A DNA stretch of 46,820 nucleotides, from the NCBI GenBank assembly GCA_035502655.1, contig DATJUF010000202.1, forward strand, positions 1-46,820, read 5' to 3'. This stretch comes from Candidatus Binataceae bacterium (GTDB lineage Bacteria; Desulfobacterota; Binatia; Binatales; Binataceae). The notes below the pieces were generated by a model, which was not told where the DNA came from, did not search any database, and was given only the letters and a program-made list of their open reading frames with translations. The translations under genes and the position numbers were made by a program. How positions within the stretch are numbered: the stretch's first letter is position 1; every line of letters starts with the position of its first letter. Shown piece after piece: positions 11,001 through 20,266 of the stretch.

Positions 11001-11762
11001 TTAGCCGAACCGTCCAGTGATGTAATCTTCCGTCTCGCGTTTGGCGGGCGTAGTGAAAATCTGCCTGGTCTCGCCGAACTCTATTAAATTGCCAGTGTAC
11101 ATAAAGGCGGTGTAATCGGAGCATCGCGCCGCCTGCTGCATATTGTGCGTAACTATCACGATTGTATAGCCGGATTTCAGTTCAAGCAGCAGCTCTTCGA
11201 TGCGAGCCGTGGATATCGGGTCAAGCGCCGAACATGGCTCGTCCATCAGGAGTATTTCCGGCTCGACTGCAATCGCACGCGCGATGCATAACCGCTGCTG
11301 CTGCCCACCCGAGAGTCCCGCGCCTGGCCGCTTGAGATGGTCCTTCACCTCATCCCACAAAGCTGCCTGCCGCAGGCTTTTTTCGACCAGCCGGTCGCGA
11401 TCGGCGCGCGAAAGCGAGACGCCGTTGAGTTTTAGACCTGCGGCAACGTTGTCCTCGACCGACATCGTGGGAAATGGCGTAGGCTTCTGGAAGACCATCC
11501 CGATGCGCCGCCGAACCTGTACCGGATCGACGTCAGGCGAATAGATATTATCGCCATCGAGCAGGACTTCGCCGGTGCAAGCGGCGCCTGGCACAACCTC
11601 ATGCATCCGGTTGAGGCACCGGATGAGCGTTGACTTGCCGCATCCAGAGGGGCCGATCATCGCCGACACCCGCTTTTCGTCAAAGGCCACGCTGATATCG
11701 TGGAGAACCTCGTTTTTGTTAAAGGAGGCGCGCAGGTGGCGAACTTCGAGCTTATTAGGCAT
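11001..11762 (-). CDS. pstB: Phosphate ABC transporter ATP-binding protein PstB
   Basis: Walker [10 protein letters not shown], signature LSGGQQQRL and Walker B LLMDEP, with PstB-like context and length (253 aa). Confidence 0.92.
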   Translation of the reverse strand: MPNKLEVRHLRASFNKNEVLHDISVAFDEKRVSAMIGPSGCGKSTLIRCLNRMHEVVPGAACTGEVLLDGDNIYSPDVDPVQVRRRIGMVFQKPTPFPTMSVEDNVAAGLKLNGVSLSRADRDRLVEKSLRQAALWDEVKDHLKRPGAGLSGGQQQRLCIARAIAVEPEILLMDEPCSALDPISTARIEELLLELKSGYTIVIVTHNMQQAARCSDYTAFMYTGNLIEFGETRQIFTTPAKRETEDYITGRFG

Positions 11763-11765
11763 GAA

Positions 11766-12635
11766 TTATTTCGCAACCCTTGCGTTACCGCGGGTAAACG
11801 ATCGTACACCCAACTCGAGCGCGAGCACTATCGCAGTGAGGACAAGGGCTCCCGCCCAAGCCTGGCGCTGCCAGTCCGCAAACGGGGAGATAGCGTAAGT
11901 ATAAACTTGTACGGTTAGGGAAGAGATCGGCCGAAAGAGCGAGGTCGACCAGAAACGGTTGCCGAACGCGGTAAACAGCAGCGGCGCTGTTTCGCCTGCG
12001 ACTCGGGCAACCGCGAGAATCACGCCGGTCGCGATTCCACTCATCGCTGTGCGCGTGACGACCAGGAGATTTGTGCGCCAGTGCGGTACGCCCAAGGCCA
12101 ACGCAGCTTCGCGCAGTTCATTGGGTACCAGCAGGATCATCTCTTCACTGGTACGTGCGACCAGGGGAACCATAATGATTGCGAGGGCAATTGAACCAGC
12201 CAGCGTCGAGAAGCCGCCGAACGGCCTGACGACAATTTCGTAGACGAAGATACCAACCACAATCGTCGGGATTCCCATCATCACGTCGGCGGCAAAGCGC
12301 ACCGTAGTCGCAATATAGCCACCTTGGTTCCCGGCCATGTAGATGCCCGAGGCAACTCCGATCGGAACACCGATCATACTGGCGATTCCTACCAGCCACA
12401 GAGTCCCGACGATCGCATTCGCCATGCCGCCGCCGGCCTGACCGACCGGGGCCGGCATCTTGGTGAAGAAATTCCAATTGAGGCTCGTAAAGCCTTTACT
12501 CAGCAGATAGCCGAGCACGAGAAACAGCGGGATCAAGGCCAGAACAGTAGCGCCGATGGTCAGCCCTACCATCAACTTGCTTTTGAGCTGGCGGTAATGG
12601 TCGTGGCGGAGGGTGGCGCTATTCGCAAGCATCAC
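11766..12635 (-). CDS. pstA: Phosphate ABC transporter permease PstA
   Basis: 289-aa polytopic permease with the EAA-type loop (REAALALGVPHW). Its start overlaps the pstC stop. Confidence 0.88.
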   Translation of the reverse strand: MMLANSATLRHDHYRQLKSKLMVGLTIGATVLALIPLFLVLGYLLSKGFTSLNWNFFTKMPAPVGQAGGGMANAIVGTLWLVGIASMIGVPIGVASGIYMAGNQGGYIATTVRFAADVMMGIPTIVVGIFVYEIVVRPFGGFSTLAGSIALAIIMVPLVARTSEEMILLVPNELREAALALGVPHWRTNLLVVTRTAMSGIATGVILAVARVAGETAPLLFTAFGNRFWSTSLFRPISSLTVQVYTYAISPFADWQRQAWAGALVLTAIVLALELGVRSFTRGNARVAK

Positions 12636-13702
12636 GAATCCCTCTCGAAGCGCCCCTGCGTCGCTCTAATCACCAGCACCCGCGCAGCAATATTGAGAAT
12701 CAAGCCTAATATCAGCAGGACTAACCCCAGTTCGACCAGCGCGGCAAGATTCAAGTCGGAGGTCGCCTCGACGAATTCATTGGCGATAACGCTGGCCAGT
12801 GTCGAGGATGGCAGAAACAAGGAGGCAGAGATTTCCGCTCGGTTGCCGATTACCATCGCAACGGCGATGGTCTCGCCGAGCGCCCGCGCGAGTCCGAGGA
12901 TTATCGCGCCAATGACGCCGGAGACGCCGAATGGCAATACCGCCATGCGCACCATCTCCCATTTGGTCGCCCCAAGGGCGTACGCGGCTTCACGCTGGGA
13001 TTGAGGCACCGCGCGAAAGACGTCGGTGCAAACTGCCGAAATATACGGCAGCACCATGATCGCGAGCACCACAGCCGCCGTGAACAGGCTGACGGAGATT
13101 TGCGGGCCTTGAAAAAACGGCAGAAATCCGAGGTACTTCGCGAGCAGTGGGTCAACATGGTCGCGCAGCCATGGTCCCGCGACAAAGATTCCCCACAAGC
13201 CGTAGACCACACTGGGAATGGCCGCGAGTAACTCGACCAGAAATCCGAGCTTATGGCTAAGCCAGCCAGGAGCCATCTCGCTCAGGCATAGCGCCACGCC
13301 AAGGCTAAGCGGGACCGCGATCAAGAGCGCCAGCCCGGAAGATGCCACTGTGCCGTAAATAAACGGCAACGCGCCGTAGACATCAGTGGACGGATCCCAA
13401 TCTGTGCTTACAAGGAAATGGAGGCCAAACGCCCGGATCGAAGGCATCGCGCCATAAATCAGCTGAATCGTGATTCCCAGGAGAATCGCCAGAATCAGTA
13501 GCGCCAGCGCCAGAGTTGTGAGATTGAAAACTCTATCGCCGATGCCAATCGGTCCAAATTCGCGCTTTCGGACAGGGCGGCTCGCGACTCGCGGTTGTAT
13601 TGCCTCAGCTATCGTTTCAGATACTTCACTCAAATGAACAGCTCGTTTCGCCGGAACGTGGGAACGCCGCCTCACAACCCCTCGGCGTGAACAATACGCC
13701 AA
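12632..13702 (-). CDS. pstC: Phosphate ABC transporter permease PstC
   Basis: Polytopic permease with the loop QREAAYALGATKWE. The 13702 start is a TTG and adds a roughly 35-aa basic, non-hydrophobic N-terminus. In-frame GTG 13675 or TTG 13633 are plausible real starts. Confidence 0.85.
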   Translation of the reverse strand: MAYCSRRGVVRRRSHVPAKRAVHLSEVSETIAEAIQPRVASRPVRKREFGPIGIGDRVFNLTTLALALLILAILLGITIQLIYGAMPSIRAFGLHFLVSTDWDPSTDVYGALPFIYGTVASSGLALLIAVPLSLGVALCLSEMAPGWLSHKLGFLVELLAAIPSVVYGLWGIFVAGPWLRDHVDPLLAKYLGFLPFFQGPQISVSLFTAAVVLAIMVLPYISAVCTDVFRAVPQSQREAAYALGATKWEMVRMAVLPFGVSGVIGAIILGLARALGETIAVAMVIGNRAEISASLFLPSSTLASVIANEFVEATSDLNLAALVELGLVLLILGLILNIAARVLVIRATQGRFERDS

Positions 13703-13723
13703 CTTTGTTACGCTTGGGTTACG
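13691..13723 (-). promoter_or_regulatory. Pho-box-like direct repeat plus a -10-like hexamer upstream of pstC
   Basis: The minus strand reads CGTAAC-CCAAG-CGTAAC (13723-13707, 11-nt period), then 10 nt, then TATTGT (13696-13691). The geometry matches PhoB/PhoP-type boxes replacing a -35 element. The hexamer resembles the TTAACA-type repeat more than E. coli CTGTCAT. Confidence 0.35.
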
Positions 13724-13778
13724 TTGAGGAGAAGAGAAGGTGAATCGTGGATATTTTGAAAAGCTTTATCGAGATACT

Positions 13779-15056
13779 CTATGCAAGCCCGCGGATTACC
13801 TCGACGCCACCCATGTAGGGGCGCAGAACTTGAGGAATTACCACGCTGCCGTCGGCTTGCTGATAGTTTTCCAGCACCGCGATCAGCGTTCGGGGAAGTC
13901 CCAAGCCGGAGCCATTCAGCGCATGGAGAAACTCGGTCTTGCCGCCTTTTTCCGGCCGATAGCGAATATTGGCACGGCGCATCTGAAAGTCGGTGCAGTT
14001 CGAGCATGAGCTGACTTCGAGCCATTCACCAAGCCCCGGCGCCCACATTTCGATATCGTAGGTGGCTGCACTGGCGAAGCTCAGGTCGCCGGTGCATAGC
14101 TGCAATATCCGGAAGGGAATCTCCAGCCTGCGGCAGACTTCGCATGCGTCATTGACCAGTTTGTGCAATTCCTCGTCCGACGCCTCAGGCTGTACCAGTT
14201 TGACCATTTCAACTTTGTCGAACTGATGGCCACGCTTGATACCGCGGACGTCGCGGCCGGCCGACATCTTCTCACGGCGAAAACATGGCGTATAAGCCGT
14301 AAGGTATCGTGGGAGCGAAGCGTTTTCGAGAATTTCGCCACGATAAAGGCTGGTTAGTGGCAACTCCGCGGTCGGGATAAACCAGTAGTCCTCTTCGATA
14401 TCCTTATACATCGTGTCGGCGTTCTTCGGCAGATGACCGGTGCTGGTCGCCGTTGCCGTATTGACCATCAGCGGCGGCGCGATCTCAAGGTAGCCCTGCT
14501 CGGAGGTTTTCAGATCGAGCATAAAAGCGATCAGGGCCCGTTCGAGCCGCGCGCCTGGACCTTTCAGGACATAGAAGCGCGTGCCCGCGAGTTTGACGCC
14601 GCGTTCGAAATCGATAATGCCGAGCCGCTCGCCGATCTCCCAATGGGGTTGCGGCTTGAAAGAAAATTGGGCCGGTTCGCCTTCACTACGGACGACCTTG
14701 TTATCCGCCTCGCTTTGACCGACCGGCACATAAGCGCGGGGGAGATTACGCAGTCCCAGCATTAAATCGTTGAAATTACGCTCGGCCTGGGCGAGCCGCT
14801 GATCACCTTCTGCGATGCGATCGCCAAGCTCACGCATCTCGGCCCGGCGCAGCTCGCGTGCTTCGGGCGCCATTCGTGCCAATTCTTTCGATTCGCGAGT
14901 GCGTCGCGCGCGCAACTCGTCCAATTCGAATTGCAGGCGGCGGCGTTCCGCATCGCATTCGAGGATCTGATCGACCTCGGCTGAGTCCACGCCGGCCTTG
15001 GCTAGCTCGGCCTTAACGAACGCGGTTTGTTCGCGTATCAGTTTGATATCGAGCAT
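13779..15056 (-). CDS. serS: Seryl-tRNA synthetase
   Basis: 425 aa with an N-terminal coiled-coil arm (MLDIKLIREQ...) and class II core motifs (TAELPL, FRREKMSAGRDVRGIKRGHQF, GSGLGLPRTLIAVLEN). Confidence 0.95.
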   Translation of the reverse strand: MLDIKLIREQTAFVKAELAKAGVDSAEVDQILECDAERRRLQFELDELRARRTRESKELARMAPEARELRRAEMRELGDRIAEGDQRLAQAERNFNDLMLGLRNLPRAYVPVGQSEADNKVVRSEGEPAQFSFKPQPHWEIGERLGIIDFERGVKLAGTRFYVLKGPGARLERALIAFMLDLKTSEQGYLEIAPPLMVNTATATSTGHLPKNADTMYKDIEEDYWFIPTAELPLTSLYRGEILENASLPRYLTAYTPCFRREKMSAGRDVRGIKRGHQFDKVEMVKLVQPEASDEELHKLVNDACEVCRRLEIPFRILQLCTGDLSFASAATYDIEMWAPGLGEWLEVSSCSNCTDFQMRRANIRYRPEKGGKTEFLHALNGSGLGLPRTLIAVLENYQQADGSVVIPQVLRPYMGGVEVIRGLA

Positions 15057-15500
15057 TCAGAAAGCATCCTTGAGCAGTTCGATTCGGCGTGACGGGCCCC
15101 TCCCGCTAATCGCAACCACATCAAACCGTACCGAGCGATCCTGCGTGCGATAACGTGCACAATACCATTCGGCGGCGCGGCGAATCCGCGCCTGCTTGCG
15201 CTCATCGACCGCTGCCGCGGGGGTGCCTTTGGCATCGTCCGTACGCGCCTTGACCTCGATAAAAATCAGCGTTCCGCCGTTGGTTGCGATTAAATCGATT
15301 TCGCCACGCGGGGTGCGAAAATTGCGCTGGACAATTCGATAGCCCTGACGCGTGAGATAGCGCGCCGCCGTATCCTCGCCCTGCTGTCCGGCTGAGCGTC
15401 CACGGTGCCACGGGAGCCGTTCAAACCAGCGGTCAGCTCGATCCATCAGGCCGGCGTGCCATTCCCGCATGCGGTCCTGGACGGAAATCGCCATACTCAT
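15057..15500 (-). CDS. yraN: YraN-family (UPF0102) endonuclease-like protein
   Basis: Family signature GEDTAARYLTRQGYRIVQRNFRTPRGEIDLIA...LIFIEVKAR. Its stop abuts the serS ATG. The ORF track start at 15536 is a TTG; ATG 15500 is chosen, and the start remains uncertain. Confidence 0.75.
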   Translation of the reverse strand: MSMAISVQDRMREWHAGLMDRADRWFERLPWHRGRSAGQQGEDTAARYLTRQGYRIVQRNFRTPRGEIDLIATNGGTLIFIEVKARTDDAKGTPAAAVDERKQARIRRAAEWYCARYRTQDRSVRFDVVAISGRGPSRRIELLKDAF

Positions 15501-15669
15501 GACCGAACAAGGTAGCAATGGTACCGCGCGCGGCAAGCTATTGCTTCGAAAATATTACCCAACAAGGCCCCGTTCTGCTTATTCCCAGACGCCGATAACC
15601 TGACTTTAAGGCTCTTAGATGTTACGCTTTACGTAATTAACGTGGGAGCGCGATTGCAAGTCTGAGCCT

Positions 15670-15966
15670 ATGGGCGAACCCAGAATAACCATAGAACAAG
15701 TGCGCCATGTCGCGCGCCTCGCGCGGCTCGAACTATCGCCGGAAGAGGAAACAAGCCTCCAAGCAAACATGAGCGAAATTTTGACTTATGTGGATAAGCT
15801 CAACGAGCTCGACACCACAGGGGTTGAACCGACTGCGCAGGTCGGCGAGGCGGGCACTCCGATGCGCGACGACGAAGTCACGAATCATCCTGCGCCCGAG
15901 GAGATGCTGCGTAATGCGCCTGCGCGGGTGGATAACTTTTTCAAGGTACCGCGCATTCTCGAATGA
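15670..15966 (+). CDS. gatC: Asp/Glu-tRNA(Asn/Gln) amidotransferase subunit C
   Basis: 98 aa with VRHVARLARLELSPEE...YVDKLNELDT, typical of GatC. It is followed by gatA and gatB. Confidence 0.9.
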   Translation: MGEPRITIEQVRHVARLARLELSPEEETSLQANMSEILTYVDKLNELDTTGVEPTAQVGEAGTPMRDDEVTNHPAPEEMLRNAPARVDNFFKVPRILE

Positions 15967-16037
15967 AACTCGGATTTATCTTTGAGATACTTGAGCGGAC
16001 CTGAAATTACTGATGGTTAATTGCGCACCAGGTAGAA

Positions 16038-17498
16038 ATGGTTTCTGAGTTGAATCGGCTGACGATTGCCGAAGCACGCGATCGGTTGCGGCGGCGCGAA
16101 GTTTCGGCCCTCGAGATAACGCGTGCCTGTCTCGAACAGATTGCCCTTGTTGATCCGAAAATCAATGCGTTTATCACGGTCTGCGCCCGCGAGGCGAACG
16201 AGCAGGCGGCGAACGCAGATCGGCGGCTTGCGGCTGGTGATGCCCCTGACCTGTGTGGGATTCCGATTGCCGTCAAGGACGTGTATCTGACCAAGAACGT
16301 TCGCACGACCTGTGCTTCACGCATCCTGGAAAACTTCGTCCCACCCTTCGATGCGACTACAATCGCTCGGCTGCGGGCGAATGGCGCCGTGTTCGTCGGC
16401 AAGGCTAACATGGACGAGTTCGCGATGGGCTCTTCAACCGAGAATTCAGCGTACGGCCTAACACATAACCCGCACGATGTCGAGCGGGTGCCGGGCGGCT
16501 CCTCGGGCGGATCGGCGGCGGCGGTGGCCGCCGACGAATGCCTCGCTGCACTGGGTACGGATACGGGCGGCTCAATCCGCCTGCCCGCTTCGTTCTGCGG
16601 CATCGTCGGCCTCAAGCCGACTTACAGCCGCGTCAGCCGCTACGGCATCGTAGCCTACGCCTCCTCGCTCGATCAGGTGGGACCATTTACCAAAACGGTT
16701 CGCGATACGGCGATTTTGTTACGCGGCTTGGCGGGTTTGGATCCGCACGACTCGACCTGCTCGGCGCAACCTGTGCCTGATTACGAAAAGGCGCTGACCG
16801 GTGACGTCAAGGGCCTGCGTATTGGCGTGCCGAAAGAGTTCTTCGTCGAAGGGATGGAGCCAGAAGTCGAACGCGCGGTTCGCACGACGCTATCGTCGTA
16901 CCAGACCCTGGGCGCGCGAACGGTCGAAATATCGCTGCCGCATACCAGTTATGCGGTCGCCGCTTACTATTTGATTGCCACTGCCGAGGCCAGTGCCAAT
17001 CTCTCGCGCTTCGACGGAATGCGTTTTGGCCTGCGCGCCGAAAGTGATAACACGCTCGACCTCTATAATCGCACGCGCGAACGCGGTTTTGGTGCGGAGG
17101 TCAAACGGCGAATCATGCTCGGGACGTTCGCGCTGTCGGCCGGCTATTACGATGCCTATTATCTCAAGGCGCAAAAGGTGCGGACATTGATCAGGCGGGA
17201 TTTCGAGGCAGCCTTCCAAAGCTGCGACATCATTGCGACACCGGTTGCCCCTGCTACGGCTTTCAAGCTCGGCGAGAAAATGTCCGACCCTTTGCAGATG
17301 TATCTCTCCGACATCTTTACGATCTCAGTCAACCTGGCGGGCCTGCCAGGACTATCAATTCCATGCGGCCGCGACGCGCGAGGAATGCCCATCGGATTAC
17401 AGTTAATCGGGCGTCCTTTTGGCGAAGAGGCTATCCTGCGGGCAGGCGATGCCTTCGAACGAACCGGCACGGTTACACGCCGTGCAGCGATTCTCTAG
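16038..17498 (+). CDS. gatA: Asp/Glu-tRNA(Asn/Gln) amidotransferase subunit A
   Basis: 486 aa carrying the amidase signature [13 protein letters not shown] and [16 protein letters not shown]. Confidence 0.95.
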   Translation: MVSELNRLTIAEARDRLRRREVSALEITRACLEQIALVDPKINAFITVCAREANEQAANADRRLAAGDAPDLCGIPIAVKDVYLTKNVRTTCASRILENFVPPFDATTIARLRANGAVFVGKANMDEFAMGSSTENSAYGLTHNPHDVERVPGGSSGGSAAAVAADECLAALGTDTGGSIRLPASFCGIVGLKPTYSRVSRYGIVAYASSLDQVGPFTKTVRDTAILLRGLAGLDPHDSTCSAQPVPDYEKALTGDVKGLRIGVPKEFFVEGMEPEVERAVRTTLSSYQTLGARTVEISLPHTSYAVAAYYLIATAEASANLSRFDGMRFGLRAESDNTLDLYNRTRERGFGAEVKRRIMLGTFALSAGYYDAYYLKAQKVRTLIRRDFEAAFQSCDIIATPVAPATAFKLGEKMSDPLQMYLSDIFTISVNLAGLPGLSIPCGRDARGMPIGLQLIGRPFGEEAILRAGDAFERTGTVTRRAAIL

Positions 17499-17512
17499 GA
17501 GTTTAAGCGGCG

Positions 17513-18955
17513 ATGCCGGCTGAAGCATACGAGGCGGTAATCGGGCTGGAAGTCCATACTCACTTACTAACGAAGTCGAAGCTTTTCTGCGGATGCTCGA
17601 CGGCCTTCGGTGCGGGACCGAACGAACACGTCTGTCCGATCTGCATGGCAATGCCGGGGGTGCTGCCTGTCCTCAACCGTCACGCCGTTGAACTCGCCAT
17701 TCGGATGGGGATCGCGGCACATTGCGAAATCGCTCCATATTCGATTTTCGACCGGAAGAGCTATTTCTATCCTGATCTGCCGAAGGGCTACCAGATTAGC
17801 CAGTACGAATTGCCATTATGCAAGGGCGGCTATATCGATCTGCCTGCTGGCGATGACGGACCCCCACGCCGCATCCGGCTTGTCCGTATTCATATGGAAG
17901 AAGATGCGGGTAAGAATATCCACGTCGAAGGTGCGAGCCTGGTAGACTTCAATCGATCGGGCGTACCGCTGGTGGAGATTGTCAGCGAGCCGGATATTCG
18001 TTCCGCCGAAGAAGCCGTAGCCTATCTGCACGAACTGCACTCGACGCTGCGCTACGCCGATGCCTCGGACGCCAAGATGGAAGAAGGCGGCCTGCGTTGC
18101 GACGTTAATATCTCAGTCCGGCGCAAGGGCGCCACTGAGTATGGGACTAAAACGGAGATCAAGAATCTCAATTCGTTCCGCTTCGTGGAAAAGGCGATCG
18201 AGTATGAAGTCAGGCGCCAGATCGAAGTAATCGAGGCAGGTGGACGAGTCCCGCAGGAGACTCATTTATGGGATCCGGTGCGCGAGGAAACGCGCCCGAT
18301 GCGATCCAAAGAGTTCGCCAACGACTACCGCTATTTCCCGGAACCTGACCTGCCGCCGCTGCGTATCCCAGCGGACCTCGTCGAGGCAATCAAGGCTTCA
18401 ATGCCTGAACTGGCTAGTGAGAAGCGCTCACGCTATGTGCGTGATTTCGGATTGAGTGAGTATGAGGCGCGGGTCCTGACTGAGAATCGCGAAGTAGCAG
18501 TATACTTCGAGGAGACCCTCGCGGCTGGACTGAGTAATCGCAAGGCAGCCGCCAACTGGGTCATGACCGAAGTGCTGCGCCTAGTCAATGAAAGCGGCAA
18601 GCCGCTCGGGGAAGCGGCGCCTGCTCCGGCGGAAACCGGAACCCTGCTCAAACTCATCGAAACCGCCGCAATTAGTTTGAACGCGGCCAAAACCGCCTTC
18701 GCCGCGATGCATAAATCCGGCAAGGGTGCCGCAGCGACAATCGCCGAACTTGGGCTCGCTCAAGTCTCCGACGAAGCTGCGATCGGCGCTGCCGCCGATC
18801 GGGTCCTCGGCGCTGAAGCCGCCAAAGTCGCGGAATACCGTGGCGGCCGGGACAAGCTCTTCGGTTTCTTCGTTGGCCAGGTGATGAAGGCGATGGGCGG
18901 CAAAGGCAATCCTAAGCTGGTTAACGAAATCCTCCGCACGAAGCTGGGCGGCTGA
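17513..18955 (+). CDS. gatB: Asp/Glu-tRNA(Asn/Gln) amidotransferase subunit B
   Basis: 480 aa with the GatB N-terminus YEAVIGLEVHTHL...KLFCGC and a C-terminal GatB/YqeY tail (FFVGQVMKAMGGKGNP). Confidence 0.95.
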   Translation: MPAEAYEAVIGLEVHTHLLTKSKLFCGCSTAFGAGPNEHVCPICMAMPGVLPVLNRHAVELAIRMGIAAHCEIAPYSIFDRKSYFYPDLPKGYQISQYELPLCKGGYIDLPAGDDGPPRRIRLVRIHMEEDAGKNIHVEGASLVDFNRSGVPLVEIVSEPDIRSAEEAVAYLHELHSTLRYADASDAKMEEGGLRCDVNISVRRKGATEYGTKTEIKNLNSFRFVEKAIEYEVRRQIEVIEAGGRVPQETHLWDPVREETRPMRSKEFANDYRYFPEPDLPPLRIPADLVEAIKASMPELASEKRSRYVRDFGLSEYEARVLTENREVAVYFEETLAAGLSNRKAAANWVMTEVLRLVNESGKPLGEAAPAPAETGTLLKLIETAAISLNAAKTAFAAMHKSGKGAAATIAELGLAQVSDEAAIGAAADRVLGAEAAKVAEYRGGRDKLFGFFVGQVMKAMGGKGNPKLVNEILRTKLGG

Positions 18956-18978
18956 TCGGCGCGCCGAGCCAGCGTCAC

Positions 18979-18997
18979 CGGCGCCTAGGCGCCGTTT
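18979..18997 (+). terminator. Possible intrinsic terminator after gatB
   Basis: Perfect palindrome CGGCGCC-TA-GGCGCCG (18979-18994) followed by TTT, 24 nt after the gatB stop. The U-tract is short. Confidence 0.4.
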
Positions 18998-19098
18998 GCG
19001 CATAACACGCCTACGCCGCCATGAACTCAGGGGCCGAGCGTTTAACCCGTTTATTTGGATTGCGGTGAGCGCCCTTATTTTGCATATTAGGGATAAAG

Positions 19099-20145
19099 GT
19101 GTTCAAGCTCGCGATCAACTCCGCACGGGGACCCGGAGTTTCGACGAGATGGGCAGCGCGTTTTATCTGCGCCATCCCGGGTCTACTGATCTTCTTACCG
19201 CTGGCCATGACGGCCTATGCGCAAACGACCGCCAATGCGGTACAGGCGTCTGTCGAGCCCCCGGGCTCGATGGCGCCGCCCAGCTCAGAGCCAGTTAAGA
19301 TTGTCCAGATGAATGACGATATGCCGATGTACCAGCCAGACAGTATCGTGATTACGGCTGGCCAGACGGTCGAATGGCACAACAATGGACAGGTCAGCCA
19401 TTCCGTCGTCGATGATGCGACGCGCGCGGCCAAGCCTGACGATGCGCTGATACCGAGCGGCGTATCTACATTTAATTCGGGCAGTATTATGCCCGGCCAC
19501 ACTTTCAAGCATACTTTTACCGTTCCGGGCCGCTACCGCTATTTCTGCATGTCTCACGAACTGGACGGCATGGTCGGGCAGGTTATCGTGCGGCCGGCGG
19601 AGCCCGGCGAGCCACCGATTGCTCAAGCCAAATCGGAGCCATCGAAGAATCTGGAACGCGGCCGCACTGGACAATCGCAGATTTCGGCTGCCTCTTTGGA
19701 GAAGCTGCTTAAACCATCAACAGCAATCGCCGAGTCGGGCACTGGAACAGTCAAGATCATTCAGATGAATGACGATACGCCAGAATACGACCCGGGCAGT
19801 ATCGTGATTAAGGCTGGCCAGACGGTCGAATGGCACAACAATGGACAAGTCAGCCATTCCGTCGTCGATGATGCGGCGCGTGCGGCCAACCCGGGCGACG
19901 CACTGATACCCAAGGGGGTAGAAACCTTCAATTCCGGCAATGTCATGCCCGGCGGAACCTACGAGCATACTTTTAAGGTTCCGGGCCGCTATCGCTATTT
20001 CTGCATGTCTCATGAATTGGACGGTATGGTTGGCGAAATTACGGTTCTCCCCGCACCGCCAGGCACCGAGCCGCTAATTTCGCAGGCAAAGTCGCAGCCG
20101 TGGAAAAATGATCGCGGAACCGGCTCCGCCGTTCCCGATCCCTAG
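19099..20145 (+). CDS. Secreted tandem-cupredoxin (two plastocyanin/amicyanin-like type 1 copper domains)
   Basis: GTG start and a signal-peptide-like N-terminus (IPGLLIFLPLAMTAYA/QTT). Each of the two domains has a full type-1 Cu ligand set: His in VSHSVV, then Cys-x2-His-x4-Met in YFCMSHELDGM (H101/C150/H153/M158 and H253/C302/H305/M310). A Pro-rich linker follows each domain. Confidence 0.8.
   Translation: MFKLAINSARGPGVSTRWAARFICAIPGLLIFLPLAMTAYAQTTANAVQASVEPPGSMAPPSSEPVKIVQMNDDMPMYQPDSIVITAGQTVEWHNNGQVSHSVVDDATRAAKPDDALIPSGVSTFNSGSIMPGHTFKHTFTVPGRYRYFCMSHELDGMVGQVIVRPAEPGEPPIAQAKSEPSKNLERGRTGQSQISAASLEKLLKPSTAIAESGTGTVKIIQMNDDTPEYDPGSIVIKAGQTVEWHNNGQVSHSVVDDAARAANPGDALIPKGVETFNSGNVMPGGTYEHTFKVPGRYRYFCMSHELDGMVGEITVLPAPPGTEPLISQAKSQPWKNDRGTGSAVPDP
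19294..20109 (+). repeat. Intragenic tandem duplication, 456-nt period, two cupredoxin-domain copies
   Basis: Copy 1 is 19294-19650 and copy 2 is 19750-20109. They share long identical nucleotide runs, e.g. GGCTGGCCAGACGGTCGAATGGCACAACAATGGACA and GTCAGCCATTCCGTCGTCGATGATGCG. Roughly three quarters of the residues are identical by eye. Confidence 0.9.
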
Positions 20146-20266
20146 ACAGTCACTCGCCTGCAAAGCGGCTGGTTCTGATCTGGTTTTTGCGGAGGACAAT
20201 ACTTAGTCGCTTCAACCGGTCATATAGTGCATTGCGGCTGAGAAGCGGCCGCTTTGAGTGTTCCGG

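Noticed and set aside
19000-19098. Sigma-70-like promoter (TTGCGG-17 nt-CATATT) in front of the cupredoxin gene.
   Set aside because: Both hexamers are weak, and the predicted TSS would fall within a few nt of the GTG start. It cannot be supported from sequence alone.
20146-20266. Hairpin around the AGCGGCCGCT palindrome as a terminator between the cupredoxin and the convergent acyl-CoA dehydrogenase.
   Set aside because: Only a 5-bp stem (GCGGC/GCCGC) with a 9-nt loop or a loop-less palindrome can form, and the T-tract is weak. It is too marginal to annotate.
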